NCBI GenBank assembly: GCA_043101125.1
Contig: JBICHT010000088.1
Location: 145-64,144 of the forward strand
Direction: 5' to 3'
Origin: Phycisphaerales bacterium JB050
GTDB taxonomy: Bacteria; Planctomycetota; Phycisphaerae; Phycisphaerales; UBA1924
DNA: 64,000 nucleotides
Each line of letters opens with the position of its first letter. Position 1 is the stretch's first letter. The notes beneath the pieces were generated by a model. That model had not been told where the DNA came from, did not search any database, and saw nothing but the letters and a program-made list of their open reading frames with translations. A program made the translations under genes and the position numbers. Positions 38,397-48,600 of the stretch are shown one piece after another.

Positions 38397-40223
38397 TCAG
38401 CGGGTCGGCACCGGAAGGTTCTTCACGAACAATTCCGCGAGCTGCTTCTCGTCCACCGCGCTCGGCGCCTCGGACATTACATCCGCGCCGGTCTGCGTCT
38501 TCGGGAAGGCGATCACATCGCGGATGTTGTCCGTGCCGGCCAGGTGCATCACGAGGCGGTCCAGCCCGAACGCGATGCCGCCGTGCGGCGGAGCACCGAA
38601 CTGCAGCGCGTCCATCAGGAAGCTGAACTTCTCCTTCGCCTCCTGAGCCGAGATACCGAGCAACTCGAACACCTTGGTCTGCACGCGTGAATCGTGGATA
38701 CGGATCGAACCGCCGCCGATTTCTGAACCGTTGCAGACGATGTCGTACCCTGCGCTCACGATGCCCTCGATCGTTTCGCGATCGTCGGGGTCCGCCGCGA
38801 GGAACGCCTCGACCTGGTCCGGGTTCGGCGCGGTGAAAGGGTGGTGCATCGCGTAGAAACGCCTGGTTTCCTCGTCGTACTCGAACATCGGGAAGTCAAC
38901 CACCCAGACGAACGCCCACTTGCTCTCGTCGATCATGCCCATGTCGCGAGCGATCTTCTGGCGGAGCTCGCCGAGCGCCTTGGAGCAGGTGCTGTAGGTG
39001 TCCGCGCCGAAGAAGAGTTGGTCGCCCGGTTTCGCACCGACGCGCTCGACCAGTTCCTTCGCGATCGGCTCGATGAACTTGCCGATGCCCGCTTCGAGCG
39101 AACCGTCCGCGCCGACCTTGGTCGTCGGCACGCCGCCCGCACCGAAGGTCTTGATCCACTCGCTGTAGCCGTCGGTGATCTTGCGGGTCAGTTTCTCCGC
39201 GCCCCCAGGCACACAGATCACCTTGACCACGCCCCGGTCCTTGGCCAATGACCCCGTGAAGACCTTGAAATCGGTCTTCGCGGCGAGATCCGAGATGTCG
39301 TGCAGTTCCAGCCCGTAGCGCAGGTCCGGACGGTCGATGCCGTACCGGTCCATCGCTTCGTGGTAAGTCATCCGGGAGATGCTCGGCACTTCATAGCCCA
39401 GCACATCGCCCCACAGCCGGCGCACGAACCCCTCGATCACCCCGATCACATCCTCGCGCGTCACGAAGGACATCTCAAGGTCGATCTGGGTGAACTCCGG
39501 CTGACGGTCGGCACGAAGGTCCTCGTCTCGGAAGCACTTGGCGATCTGCATGTACCGGTCCGCACCGGCCACCATCATGATCTGCTTGAACAGTTGGGGG
39601 CTCTGCGGCAGCGCGTACCACTCGCCCGGGTTCAGACGCGACGGCACGAGGAAGTCCCGTGCACCCTCCGGCGTGCTCTTGCACAGGATCGGCGTCTCAA
39701 CCTCGATGAAGCCCTGCTCGTCAAAATAGTCGCGAGCGAGCTTCGCCACCCGGTGACGAGTCCGCAGGATCTGCTGCATCTTCGGACGGCGCAGGTCGAG
39801 GTAGCGGTACTTCAGACGCAGTTCCTCGTTGGGCAGCCCTTCGGTTTCCGATGGCTGGAACGGGGGGGTCTTGGCCTTGCTCAGGATAGAGAGCGTCGAT
39901 GCGACCACCTCGACTTCACCGGTCGCGAGTTTCGGGTTCGGTCCGCCGTCACGCTTGCGCACCGTGCCGGTGACCGCGATCACATCCTCCGAGCGCAATT
40001 TGTCCGCCGCGGCCAGAAGTTCCTCAGACGCGTCGGCCTTGTCGAACACCACCTGCGTCAGACCCTCCCGGTCACGCAGGTCGATGAACACCAGCCCGGT
40101 TCCGTGGTCACGGTAGGAATTGACCCACCCGGCCAGGGTGACCGACTGCCCGCTGTGATCGAGGCGCAGCTCGTTGCAATGATGAGTGCGGCGGTAGTTC
40201 GCGGTGGTGCTGGGGCTGGTCAT
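38397..40223 (-). CDS. aspS: aspartyl-tRNA synthetase
   Basis: RRTHHCNELR, FIDLRDREGLTQVV, QSPQLFKQ, GGGSIRIH and FGAPPHGGIAFGLDRL. Start trimmed from 40391 to ATG 40223. Confidence 0.93.
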   Translation of the reverse strand: MTSPSTTANYRRTHHCNELRLDHSGQSVTLAGWVNSYRDHGTGLVFIDLRDREGLTQVVFDKADASEELLAAADKLRSEDVIAVTGTVRKRDGGPNPKLATGEVEVVASTLSILSKAKTPPFQPSETEGLPNEELRLKYRYLDLRRPKMQQILRTRHRVAKLARDYFDEQGFIEVETPILCKSTPEGARDFLVPSRLNPGEWYALPQSPQLFKQIMMVAGADRYMQIAKCFRDEDLRADRQPEFTQIDLEMSFVTREDVIGVIEGFVRRLWGDVLGYEVPSISRMTYHEAMDRYGIDRPDLRYGLELHDISDLAAKTDFKVFTGSLAKDRGVVKVICVPGGAEKLTRKITDGYSEWIKTFGAGGVPTTKVGADGSLEAGIGKFIEPIAKELVERVGAKPGDQLFFGADTYSTCSKALGELRQKIARDMGMIDESKWAFVWVVDFPMFEYDEETRRFYAMHHPFTAPNPDQVEAFLAADPDDRETIEGIVSAGYDIVCNGSEIGGGSIRIHDSRVQTKVFELLGISAQEAKEKFSFLMDALQFGAPPHGGIAFGLDRLVMHLAGTDNIRDVIAFPKTQTGADVMSEAPSAVDEKQLAELFVKNLPVPTR

Positions 40224-40393
40224 TGTGATGAAACTCAGTTCGAAAGGGGGGATTTTCAAGAGCGGATCAGGGCGGGCAGTATATCGCCCCGCAGTTGTTC
40301 TATAGTGATCACTTACCGCTGCAGGGGCCGGATCTTCCCTGTTTTCTCCCGTTCTCTCCGAAGGCAACGAGCCGACCTTTGATCGTTCCACCG

Positions 40394-41545
40394 ATGCCCG
40401 ACTCCCCGGCCATCCTGTTCACCGCCTTCGAGCCGTCCGGCGACGACCATTCCGCCGCGGTGATCGCCGAACTCAAGCGCCGTCACCCGGACCTCAGGAT
40501 CTACGCCTGGGGCGGCCCCAAGATGGCTCAGGCCGGAGCGGAAATCGTCGAGCAGACTGGCAACGACGCGGTGGTGGGGGTTCCCGGCTTCGAGAAGATC
40601 CGCGAGCACCTTCAGATCAATAAAACCATCCGGCGCTGGCTGGGCGAGCACCCCGAGGTCGCTCTGCACATTCCCGTCGACTCACCCGCCGCGAACTTTC
40701 CGATTTGCAAGATCGCCAAGAAGGCCAGGCGCAAGGTGCTCCACCTCGTCGCCCCCCAACTCTGGGCGTGGGGGCCATGGCGGATCCGCAAACTCCGCAA
40801 ATGCACCGACATGGTCCTGTGCCTGCTTCCCTTCGAGGAAAAATTCTTCCGGGATCGCGGCGTTGACGCGACCTTTGTCGGCCACCCGCTCTTCGATGAA
40901 GACCTCGACCTCGATGCCCTGAACCACCGTTCGGCGACATTGGCTTCGGGCAATCCCAAGGTCGCCGTGCTCCCGGGGTCACGCCCGGCCGAGATCCGGC
41001 GCAATTTCCCGGTCATGCTCAACGCCTTCCGCGAACTGCGCAAGCGTCATCCAGAACTCATCGGGCTTGTCGGCGCGACGACGGAACAGGTTCGCGAAGA
41101 CCTCTACCAGCGGGCCAACCTCCACGGTGGCTGGCCGGACGGGCTCGATGTGCTCGTTGGCGAGACCGATGTCGTCGCCAACTGGGCCGACCTCGCGATG
41201 GTTGTTTCGGGCACGGTCACCCTGCAGGTGTCCAAGCAGCAGGTCCCGATGGTGATCATGTACAAGACCAACCAGCTCATGTACAACTGCATCGGACGCT
41301 GGGTGCTGACCACCAAGCACTTCGCCCTGCCGAACCTGATCGCCGGTAAAGAAGTCATCCCGGAACTGATCCCGTATTTCAAAGACAACGGCCAACTGCT
41401 CGAAGCGATGGACAACCTCATCGCTGATCCGGTCGCTCAGCAGGCCCAGCGCGATGCTCAGGCGAGTATCGTCGCCAAGTTCCGCGGCCCCAACGCCAGC
41501 GAATCCGCCGCCGACGCCATCGAGAAGATGCTCGGCATCGGCTGA
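40394..41545 (+). CDS. lpxB: lipid-A-disaccharide synthase
   Basis: FTAFEPSGDDHSAAVIAEL, LPGSRPAEI and SGTVTLQ match the LpxB layout. Start trimmed to ATG 40394. Confidence 0.88.
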   Translation: MPDSPAILFTAFEPSGDDHSAAVIAELKRRHPDLRIYAWGGPKMAQAGAEIVEQTGNDAVVGVPGFEKIREHLQINKTIRRWLGEHPEVALHIPVDSPAANFPICKIAKKARRKVLHLVAPQLWAWGPWRIRKLRKCTDMVLCLLPFEEKFFRDRGVDATFVGHPLFDEDLDLDALNHRSATLASGNPKVAVLPGSRPAEIRRNFPVMLNAFRELRKRHPELIGLVGATTEQVREDLYQRANLHGGWPDGLDVLVGETDVVANWADLAMVVSGTVTLQVSKQQVPMVIMYKTNQLMYNCIGRWVLTTKHFALPNLIAGKEVIPELIPYFKDNGQLLEAMDNLIADPVAQQAQRDAQASIVAKFRGPNASESAADAIEKMLGIG

Positions 41546-41635
41546 TCGCGTCCCCGGCCCCAACCGAGCGCACCCCACGAAAAAGGCCGGCCCCCGAAGG
41601 GACCGGCCTGTTCGATTGCGGGTTAGCCGAGTGCG

Positions 41636-43420
41636 TTACTCGACATCCTTGCCTTCGACGACATCGACGAGCGAAGCCGGCTTGTGCGAGGTTTCATCCA
41701 ACTCACCACTCTTCAGGCGGGACACATAATCTCGATACGCCTTCATCGCGACCGACCCGAAGATGAGCATGATCGGGATGTTGGCCCAGAGCATGACACC
41801 GGTTCCAAGCGCGGTGAGTGAGTCGAGCTGGGCATCGGTTTTGATAAATCCGGCGGCGGCGACCACGATGGCCACGCAGTAGATGAATTTGTAAAGCATC
41901 GATACCGCTTGGCTTTCGCCGAATAGATAGACGATACCGGTCTCGCCGTAGTAACTCCACGAAATCATCGTCGACACCGCGAACAGCCACGCTGCGAGCG
42001 TGATGAGGTACTTCCCAAGTCCCGGGATGGCCCGGTCGAACGCGTGACCGGTCAGAGCAGGGCCAGGGTATTCCACATACACGCCCGTACCCGTGTATGC
42101 CGGGACAGGCGTGGTGCCGGGTTCCGTTTCAAACTCTTTCCATTCGACGGTCGCGACATTCAAATCTTCGTCAACGGTGACTTCGCCAGCCGCCCGGCTG
42201 TACTTCAAACCGGTGTCGGAGTTTTCATCGCCTTCGACGATCACGAAAACCTGATCGCGGTCCTTCCACGGACCTGAAATCTCGCGAGCTTCCTGCGTCT
42301 TATTCGGGAGTTGGTTCACAACCCCTTCGTGTTCGAACTGAATAGTCCAGGTGTTTTCCGTGCCCTCAACCGCAACCACCTCGAAGGGGGAACTCAATTC
42401 GGTTTCGGATCCTCGGTTCCATGCTCCCGTGGAGAGGATGACCAATGCAGTCAGGGTACAAACCACGATCGTGTCAATAAACGGTTCGAGACCCGCCACG
42501 ATCCCTTCACGCACAGGTTCATCAGTCTTCGCGGCGGAGTGAGCAATCGGACTGGATCCTTGCCCGGCTTCCGAAGAAAACAACGCCCGCTTCATGCCCC
42601 AGAGCAAGGCGTAGCCAGCGGTGCCCCCGAGGAACGCGCCCTCAGCCGAGGACGGCAAGAACGCTTCGGTCACGATCAACTTGAGCATTTCGGGGACGAC
42701 CGAGATGTTCATCAGCACAACTACGAGTGCTGCCGCCACATAGATGCCGCACATCAGCGGGACGATCCGTCCAGCCACCGCGCCAATCCGCTTGATACCG
42801 CCGATGATCACGAGCCCGACGACGACGGCGAGAACGATTCCCGACGCGATCGAGGGGACATCGAAGTAGGTTTCGGTGATCACCCCGACGCTCCAGGATT
42901 GGAACATGTTGCCGCCCGTGATCGTGGAGATCAGCAGGGTGACGACGAAGATTCCGCCGATCGCGCTGCCGAGTGCACCCAGACCTCGTGCCGAGAACGC
43001 TTTCTTGGCGACGAACATAGGGCCGCCGTGGGGATTGTTGGGATCGGTTGTGTCGCGATACAGCATGGAGAGCGTCACTTCGGTGGTCTTGATCGCCATG
43101 CCGAGGACACCAACAACCCACATCCAGAAGACGGCCCCCGGTCCGCCCAACGCAACCGCAACCGCGACACCCGCGATGTTGCCGAGGCCGACCGTCGCTG
43201 AAAGGGCCGCCGACAACGCCTGGAAGTGGTTGATTGCACCGGGGTCATTCTTATCGTCGTACTTGCCTCGGATGACGGCAGTACCGTGCGTCAACGCACG
43301 GTACTGGCTGAACCCCGACCACAAGGTGAAAAGAATCCCGACCCCAAGTACCACATACAGCACGAGGTTGTGCCAGATAACGCCGTTGATGGCATTCAGG
43401 ATGTCCATAAAGAGTTCCAT
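41636..43420 (-). CDS. alanine/glycine:cation symporter (AGCS family) with ~120-aa loop insertion
   Basis: FQALSAALSATVGLGNIAGVAVA, FSSEAGQGSSPIAHSAA and TMISWSYYGE. Confidence 0.88.
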   Translation of the reverse strand: MELFMDILNAINGVIWHNLVLYVVLGVGILFTLWSGFSQYRALTHGTAVIRGKYDDKNDPGAINHFQALSAALSATVGLGNIAGVAVAVALGGPGAVFWMWVVGVLGMAIKTTEVTLSMLYRDTTDPNNPHGGPMFVAKKAFSARGLGALGSAIGGIFVVTLLISTITGGNMFQSWSVGVITETYFDVPSIASGIVLAVVVGLVIIGGIKRIGAVAGRIVPLMCGIYVAAALVVVLMNISVVPEMLKLIVTEAFLPSSAEGAFLGGTAGYALLWGMKRALFSSEAGQGSSPIAHSAAKTDEPVREGIVAGLEPFIDTIVVCTLTALVILSTGAWNRGSETELSSPFEVVAVEGTENTWTIQFEHEGVVNQLPNKTQEAREISGPWKDRDQVFVIVEGDENSDTGLKYSRAAGEVTVDEDLNVATVEWKEFETEPGTTPVPAYTGTGVYVEYPGPALTGHAFDRAIPGLGKYLITLAAWLFAVSTMISWSYYGETGIVYLFGESQAVSMLYKFIYCVAIVVAAAGFIKTDAQLDSLTALGTGVMLWANIPIMLIFGSVAMKAYRDYVSRLKSGELDETSHKPASLVDVVEGKDVE

Positions 43421-43593
43421 GCGTGTTCAGTCTCCTTGAGCACGGGCGATGAGTAAGCGCATCCCATCATGGGCGATTGTGAAGTTTTTCGCAATCCTCG
43501 ATACGAATTCACGATGTGATACCGGCGACAATTCCATGACCTCGTTGACACTCCCGCATATCATGCACGCGCTTCGTAATCGGAATTTTCTAT

Positions 43594-44610
43594 ATGCCCA
43601 AAATCGTCATCGATCCTACCATCACACGCCAGGAAGCCGAGGGGTTCGCCTATCCGCTCGGTGTCTATCCGGTTGAGTCGCTCAAACCGGCACCTGGCTT
43701 TACAGTCGAATTCGAGTCCGCAGACGGAGACAACGAGAGCGATTGGGAAGAGTGGCCCGACCGATTTATGTTCGATGTCGTTGTCACCAGTCAGAGACTT
43801 CGCTCGCTGTGCAAACTTCTTTTTAGCTTCCTCCCCGGACGTGTTTACCCCATCCTCGATGTCCTCGGGAATGATGCCTATCGAGAGATCGATCCGTACA
43901 TTTCCTATGAGTTGGTCAGTATCGAGCGATTCCTCGATGGCGTGATCCAGTTCGAGGACTGGCTGTTTGAAGACGGCCTCGTCGGCTTCGGCGCGATGAG
44001 CATGAACCCGTTCCTCTATGTGTTCGTCGATGAGCACAAGGCCGTGACCATCCGCGTCGGCCTTGATCTCAAGGATCGCGTCGAACGCTCGCTGGCGGCG
44101 TTCGATCTGACGCAGGTCCAGGAACTCGTCTCCGTGGATTCGGTCGCCCACGAGCACCGGACCGTGCTTTTGCCGCCAACCGAAACCGAAGCGGTCGATT
44201 CGCTCGCCCCGGAAGACATCATCGAACGCCTCGTCGAGAGTTGGCTGTTGCAACTCAATGTCGATCCCCGCACCAATGTCGATGACAGCGGGCGGGATCT
44301 CGGGTTCACCGCTTGGCGCATGGTGGCGCGATGCCTCCCCGAGGAAAACTCAGACCCGGTCTACGCGGAAGTCATTGCCGTCGCGGATTGTCTGGAGAAC
44401 GCCGAGGCCGTGGCGGTGCGTGCAGTCGCGGAGGCACCGGATGCCCCGGGTCGCCCCGGGAACGGCTGGCTCGAGGTACACCTGCCCGTATGTGATCGGG
44501 TTACCCCGGAGGGCGCGGCGAAAGCCCTCGACCGCCACGGCGAGGTCGCCTTGACCGGTGAAGAGATCCTTCGGGTCCGATGGTTTAAACCACAGCGCCA
44601 ACCAGAGTGA
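43594..44610 (+). CDS. hypothetical cytoplasmic protein, 338 aa
   Basis: Clean ORF with acidic, aromatic-rich composition. No signal peptide or TM. No family recognised. Confidence 0.65.
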   Translation: MPKIVIDPTITRQEAEGFAYPLGVYPVESLKPAPGFTVEFESADGDNESDWEEWPDRFMFDVVVTSQRLRSLCKLLFSFLPGRVYPILDVLGNDAYREIDPYISYELVSIERFLDGVIQFEDWLFEDGLVGFGAMSMNPFLYVFVDEHKAVTIRVGLDLKDRVERSLAAFDLTQVQELVSVDSVAHEHRTVLLPPTETEAVDSLAPEDIIERLVESWLLQLNVDPRTNVDDSGRDLGFTAWRMVARCLPEENSDPVYAEVIAVADCLENAEAVAVRAVAEAPDAPGRPGNGWLEVHLPVCDRVTPEGAAKALDRHGEVALTGEEILRVRWFKPQRQPE

Positions 44611-45054
44611 TCAGGACGGGCGACGGTAGGTCATCGTGACCCGATTGCCCTTGTCGTTGTACTCGACCTCGGACATGTACGCCTGAATCAGCATCACACC
44701 CCGTCCGGAAGGCAACTCCAGCCGGTCGTCATCGGTGGGGTCCGGCACTTTGTCGGGATCAAAGCCCTCGCCCTGGTCTTCCACGGCGATCGTCACCTTG
44801 TCGGGGGCGACCGTCCAGGCGACATCGACATGTTTGTCGGATTGCATCTTGTTGCCATGGCGGAAGGCGTTGGAGACCGCCTCCTCGATTACGAGGCGGA
44901 GCGCGAAGGTGCTGGCGTCGGGATAGTCGAACTGCGCGAGGGCTCCGAGCAGTTCATCCTGCAGCGGTCGCAACTCATCGGGGAACCGGTGCAGACGCAC
45001 CGCCGCACTGGTGCGGGGCGTCGAACTCGGGTTCTCGCCGGAGCCGTTGGACAT
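44611..45054 (-). CDS. anti-sigma-factor-type serine kinase (RsbW/SpoIIAB-like, HATPase_c_2)
   Basis: N-box EEAVSNAFRHGN, G1 VEDQGEGFD and G2 GRGVMLI. 147 aa. Confidence 0.75.
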   Translation of the reverse strand: MSNGSGENPSSTPRTSAAVRLHRFPDELRPLQDELLGALAQFDYPDASTFALRLVIEEAVSNAFRHGNKMQSDKHVDVAWTVAPDKVTIAVEDQGEGFDPDKVPDPTDDDRLELPSGRGVMLIQAYMSEVEYNDKGNRVTMTYRRPS

Positions 45055-45146
45055 CAGCAGGGGATCTCCCGGGGTGGAACAAATGGGGAGGGGTGGGCCA
45101 GATCGCGGGAAATGACCGAGTGCGTGGAGCGCGGTTTGGAGCGATC

Positions 45147-45506
45147 TCAGCCGAAACTCTCGATGGCTTGCTCACCGGTCTCGTGGATATCAAAGAGCTT
45201 GTTGAGCTTCGTGATCATGAACACTTCATAGATCTGCGGGTCGATGTTCGCCAGGCGCAACTGTCCGCCCTTTTGCTTCAGGCGGTTGTGGATCGTGATG
45301 AGAGTGCCGAGCGCTGCGGAAGACAGATGGTCGACATTCGAGAAACTGATCAGGAGTTTCGGTTCCGAATCGCTCTCGATGATCTCCGTGATTTCCTCGC
45401 CAATGCGCTGGATATTGGCCTCGTCGAGGATGTTTCGGTCGACAAATTCGACCTGCGTGATGCCGTCTTCCTTGCGGACTCGCAGTCTGGACTCGCTCGA
45501 TGCCAT
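45147..45506 (-). CDS. STAS-domain anti-sigma-factor antagonist (RsbV/SpoIIAA-like)
   Basis: VDHLSSAALGTLITIHNRLKQKGGQLRLANI, with the phosphorylatable Ser context. Start set to ATG 45506, preceded by AGGAGA; the track start is GTG 45527. Confidence 0.8.
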   Translation of the reverse strand: MASSESRLRVRKEDGITQVEFVDRNILDEANIQRIGEEITEIIESDSEPKLLISFSNVDHLSSAALGTLITIHNRLKQKGGQLRLANIDPQIYEVFMITKLNKLFDIHETGEQAIESFG

Positions 45507-45574
45507 GGCAGCCGATCTCCTATTCACCGGTTCACGCAGCAGTTTAGCACGCTTGGGCGCGGGCGTGCGTGTCC

Positions 45575-45603
45575 AAAGAAAAAGGCGGGCCGATTGGCCC
45601 GCC
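45575..45603 (-). terminator. rho-independent terminator after the secretin gene
   Basis: A perfect 8-bp stem, GGCGGGCC-aatc-GGCCCGCC on the reverse strand, followed by TTTTTCTTT. It lies 27 nt after the stop. Confidence 0.75.
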
Positions 45604-45629
45604 TCGTGGTCAACCCATGATCGGTTGAA

Positions 45630-48600
45630 TCAGTAACTGAAGTTCTCGCGGAGCTGCTCGTTGAGGCCCGGGAACGCCATTTCTTCCTCTTCGCCCTGGA
45701 GGATGATGGTGGGCTTGATGAGGACCAGCAGGGTCAGCTCGGTCTTGTCCGTCACGCGGTTGGTGAAGAAGCGGTTGATGAACGGGATCGAGGAGAGGAC
45801 CGGCACGCCGACCTCGGTTTCGGTCTCGGTGGTGATCCGCTGGCCGCCGAGCAGGATGGTGCCCTTATCGGGGATCGTCACACCGGTCTGCACACGCGTG
45901 ACCTGCACGATGGGCTGCTGGATTTCGGTTTCTGAAGTCACGGTGTCACCGCCGCCGTCACCGCCACCAACCTGAGCGCTGATCGAAGCACCAATAAAGT
46001 CTTCGATGACTGCGGTCGTTGCTTCCACCGAGAGAGTCACATAGCGGCGGTCGGCTGAAACCACGCCGCGGAGCAGCAGGGTGAAACCTTCCGATGCCGT
46101 GGACAGGGTCGGGTCGAACGCGACCGACGAGGTGCCGACCACCGGCTGGAGGTCGGAGACGAACGCACGCTGAGTGGTCACCGAGACGTTCGCGGTCTTG
46201 CCGTTGGTGAAGGTCAGGCGGGGCGCGGTCAGGACGACGCTGCGCCGATCGGCCTGCGTGGCCTCCACAAGGAAGTCGACCTGGATGTCATCAAAGAAAG
46301 TGCCAGCAACGCTCAGAGCCGGGCTGAGTCCGAGGATGTTCGATGCAAACTCCGAACCGCTCAGGATGCTCGTCGCCAGTTCATTGGAGTTGCTCTCCGT
46401 CGGGACGATAGAGAACGATCCCTGCTGGACAGGACCAGCAACGAAGTTCGCGTCGGGCACATACACCGGGGGGGCACCGCCGCCGGGATCGAAGAAGCCG
46501 GGGGCGGTGCCGGTGAAGACCGGGCGTCCGTTCTCGGTCAGGACCTGACCAGGGTTCCCCAATATATCACCGCTGGGCGTGGGAATGACTGCGCCCTGAT
46601 CGAGGCCAAACAGGGTTTGGGCGTTATCGTACTGCTGGTTGCGACCGTTGAAGTAGATATCAAGGTCAAAGCCAATTTGCTCAAAGAAGTCTTGGCTGAC
46701 GGTGAGGAAGCGGCACTCGCAGGTGATCTGGATGTTGCGGATCTCGCGGAGCTGACGCAGCAGCGTGTTGATGTCGCGGTGGTTCCGCGAGGTGTTGGTG
46801 ATGATCAGGTTACCGTTGAGTTCTTGAACGATACCGGTGTCACCGCCGTTGTCACGCCAACCGTCAAAGTCGACTGCGGTCTGAATGATCTCAAGCAGAT
46901 CCTCAAGGTTCTCGGCTTCGTTCGCCCCCGGGGTACCTCCCCCGTCGTCAGGGTCATCGAAGATGCCGCCGCCACCGCCGCCGCCGCCTTGGCCGCCCTG
47001 GTCAAGCACATCGTCGATGTCGAGGTTGGGAACGTCGGCGTAGTCGGGGATCTCGAAGATGAGGTCGCGAACATCGTAAATCACGATGAATGTGCGACGG
47101 CGCAGATCACGATCCGAGGCGACCACGACGATGCCGTCCTGCACAGCCCAACTGGCACGATCGAAGTCGTCGGGGCTGATCTTTTCAAGGACGCGATCAA
47201 GAATGACACGGGCGGGAACCTCATTGAGTTCGAGATCAACCGGGGTGTCGCGGTCGATGCCGATGGCCATGAGTGAATCCCAATCGACATCGAAATTCAG
47301 GTTGGTCACCGTAGCGAGGAAGCTGAAGACGCTCTCGGCCGTATCGTTGTTGAAGCGGGCAGGGATGCGACGCGAGTTCAGCGTCGAGAGGACGCGGCGG
47401 TCAGCATCAGAATCAACATACGCGTCACGCATGCCACGCCGGAAACTGATCTCGGGCCAGTCCTCGGGGTAGTCGAGTACATCGCCGGGGATGATCGTTC
47501 CTTCGTACATCCGCAGGGATTCTTCGCCGAACGAGTACGCACGCTCACGCTCGATACGACTGTATTCGCGGTAGAGGAGGATGTCGCGGAGGACATCTTT
47601 CATCAGCAGCGCGGAGGGGTTGTTCGGGTCAATGAAGAGGATCTCTTCGACGACCGCGAGCGCTTCCTGGTACTTCTTCTCGGCCTGCAGGGCACGGAGG
47701 CGATCGAGACTCTCGGCGACACGAGCGGCACGCTCCTCGCGAGTCTTCCTCTCCTGATCGTTGATCGTTTCGTTCAGTGCTTCTTCCGTCTGCTGGATCT
47801 CGATGAGGCGGGCCTGATCTTCAGCGGCATCCAGACGCCGTCCGGCGGCCTCGATCTGCGACAGACGCTCACGGTATTCGGCTTCACCGAAGTAGCCGTT
47901 GTTGAAACCGGATTGCCAGCGGAGGCGGGCTTCGGCGATGTTGATGTTCGCCGAGTCAAAGTCACCCTCTGCGATCGCGGCGGTGGCGATCTCGAGCAGG
48001 TTGGCGACCTCGGTTTGAATCTGGCCGCGGATGATGCGACGGGTGGCTTCGACATCGTCAAGGTCACCGGGCTGGGCGGCACCGATGAGTTGGTTGGCCT
48101 CACGACTGCGCATCTCGATGCGGTTGAGTTCCTGATCGGTCAGGACCCGGACATACGAGGTGCTGCCGAGGATCGCGGCGTAGGCTCGGGCGGCTTCGGC
48201 GTAGCGACCGTCTTCGAAAGCCGCGTCGGCGGCCTGAAGGGCCTGCATCGCTGCATCGCGGTTCGCGCGACGGACGAGGTCGTCATCGCCGCCGTCCTGA
48301 GCGCTGCTCGCCAGAGACGCGAAGGTGGCCGCGGCGGTGGGAGTCGAAGGGGAGACCGCGCCAAGGGAGACGACATCGGTCGAAAGCGGACCGTTCTCGC
48401 GCTCCATGTCTGAGATCTGCATCTTCAGACGGTTCAGGGTTCGCTGATCGTTCTGGTTCAGGCGGAGACCGAGGCGGTCGATTGCTTCCGCGCCGGCCTT
48501 CGCCGCGGCGTAGTTACCGTTCTCGAAATCTCGGTGCGCCTGGAAGAGCATGCTGTCGAGGTTCGACGAAAGTTCAAAGCGACGCTTGGCGATCTCGTTG

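Noticed and set aside
43421-43593. Possible glycine riboswitch upstream of the AGCS alanine/glycine symporter
   Set aside because: I read both strands and found no ACCGAAGGGGCAA-type core or the tandem aptamer pattern. It needs an Infernal scan to be certain, but nothing supports it by eye.
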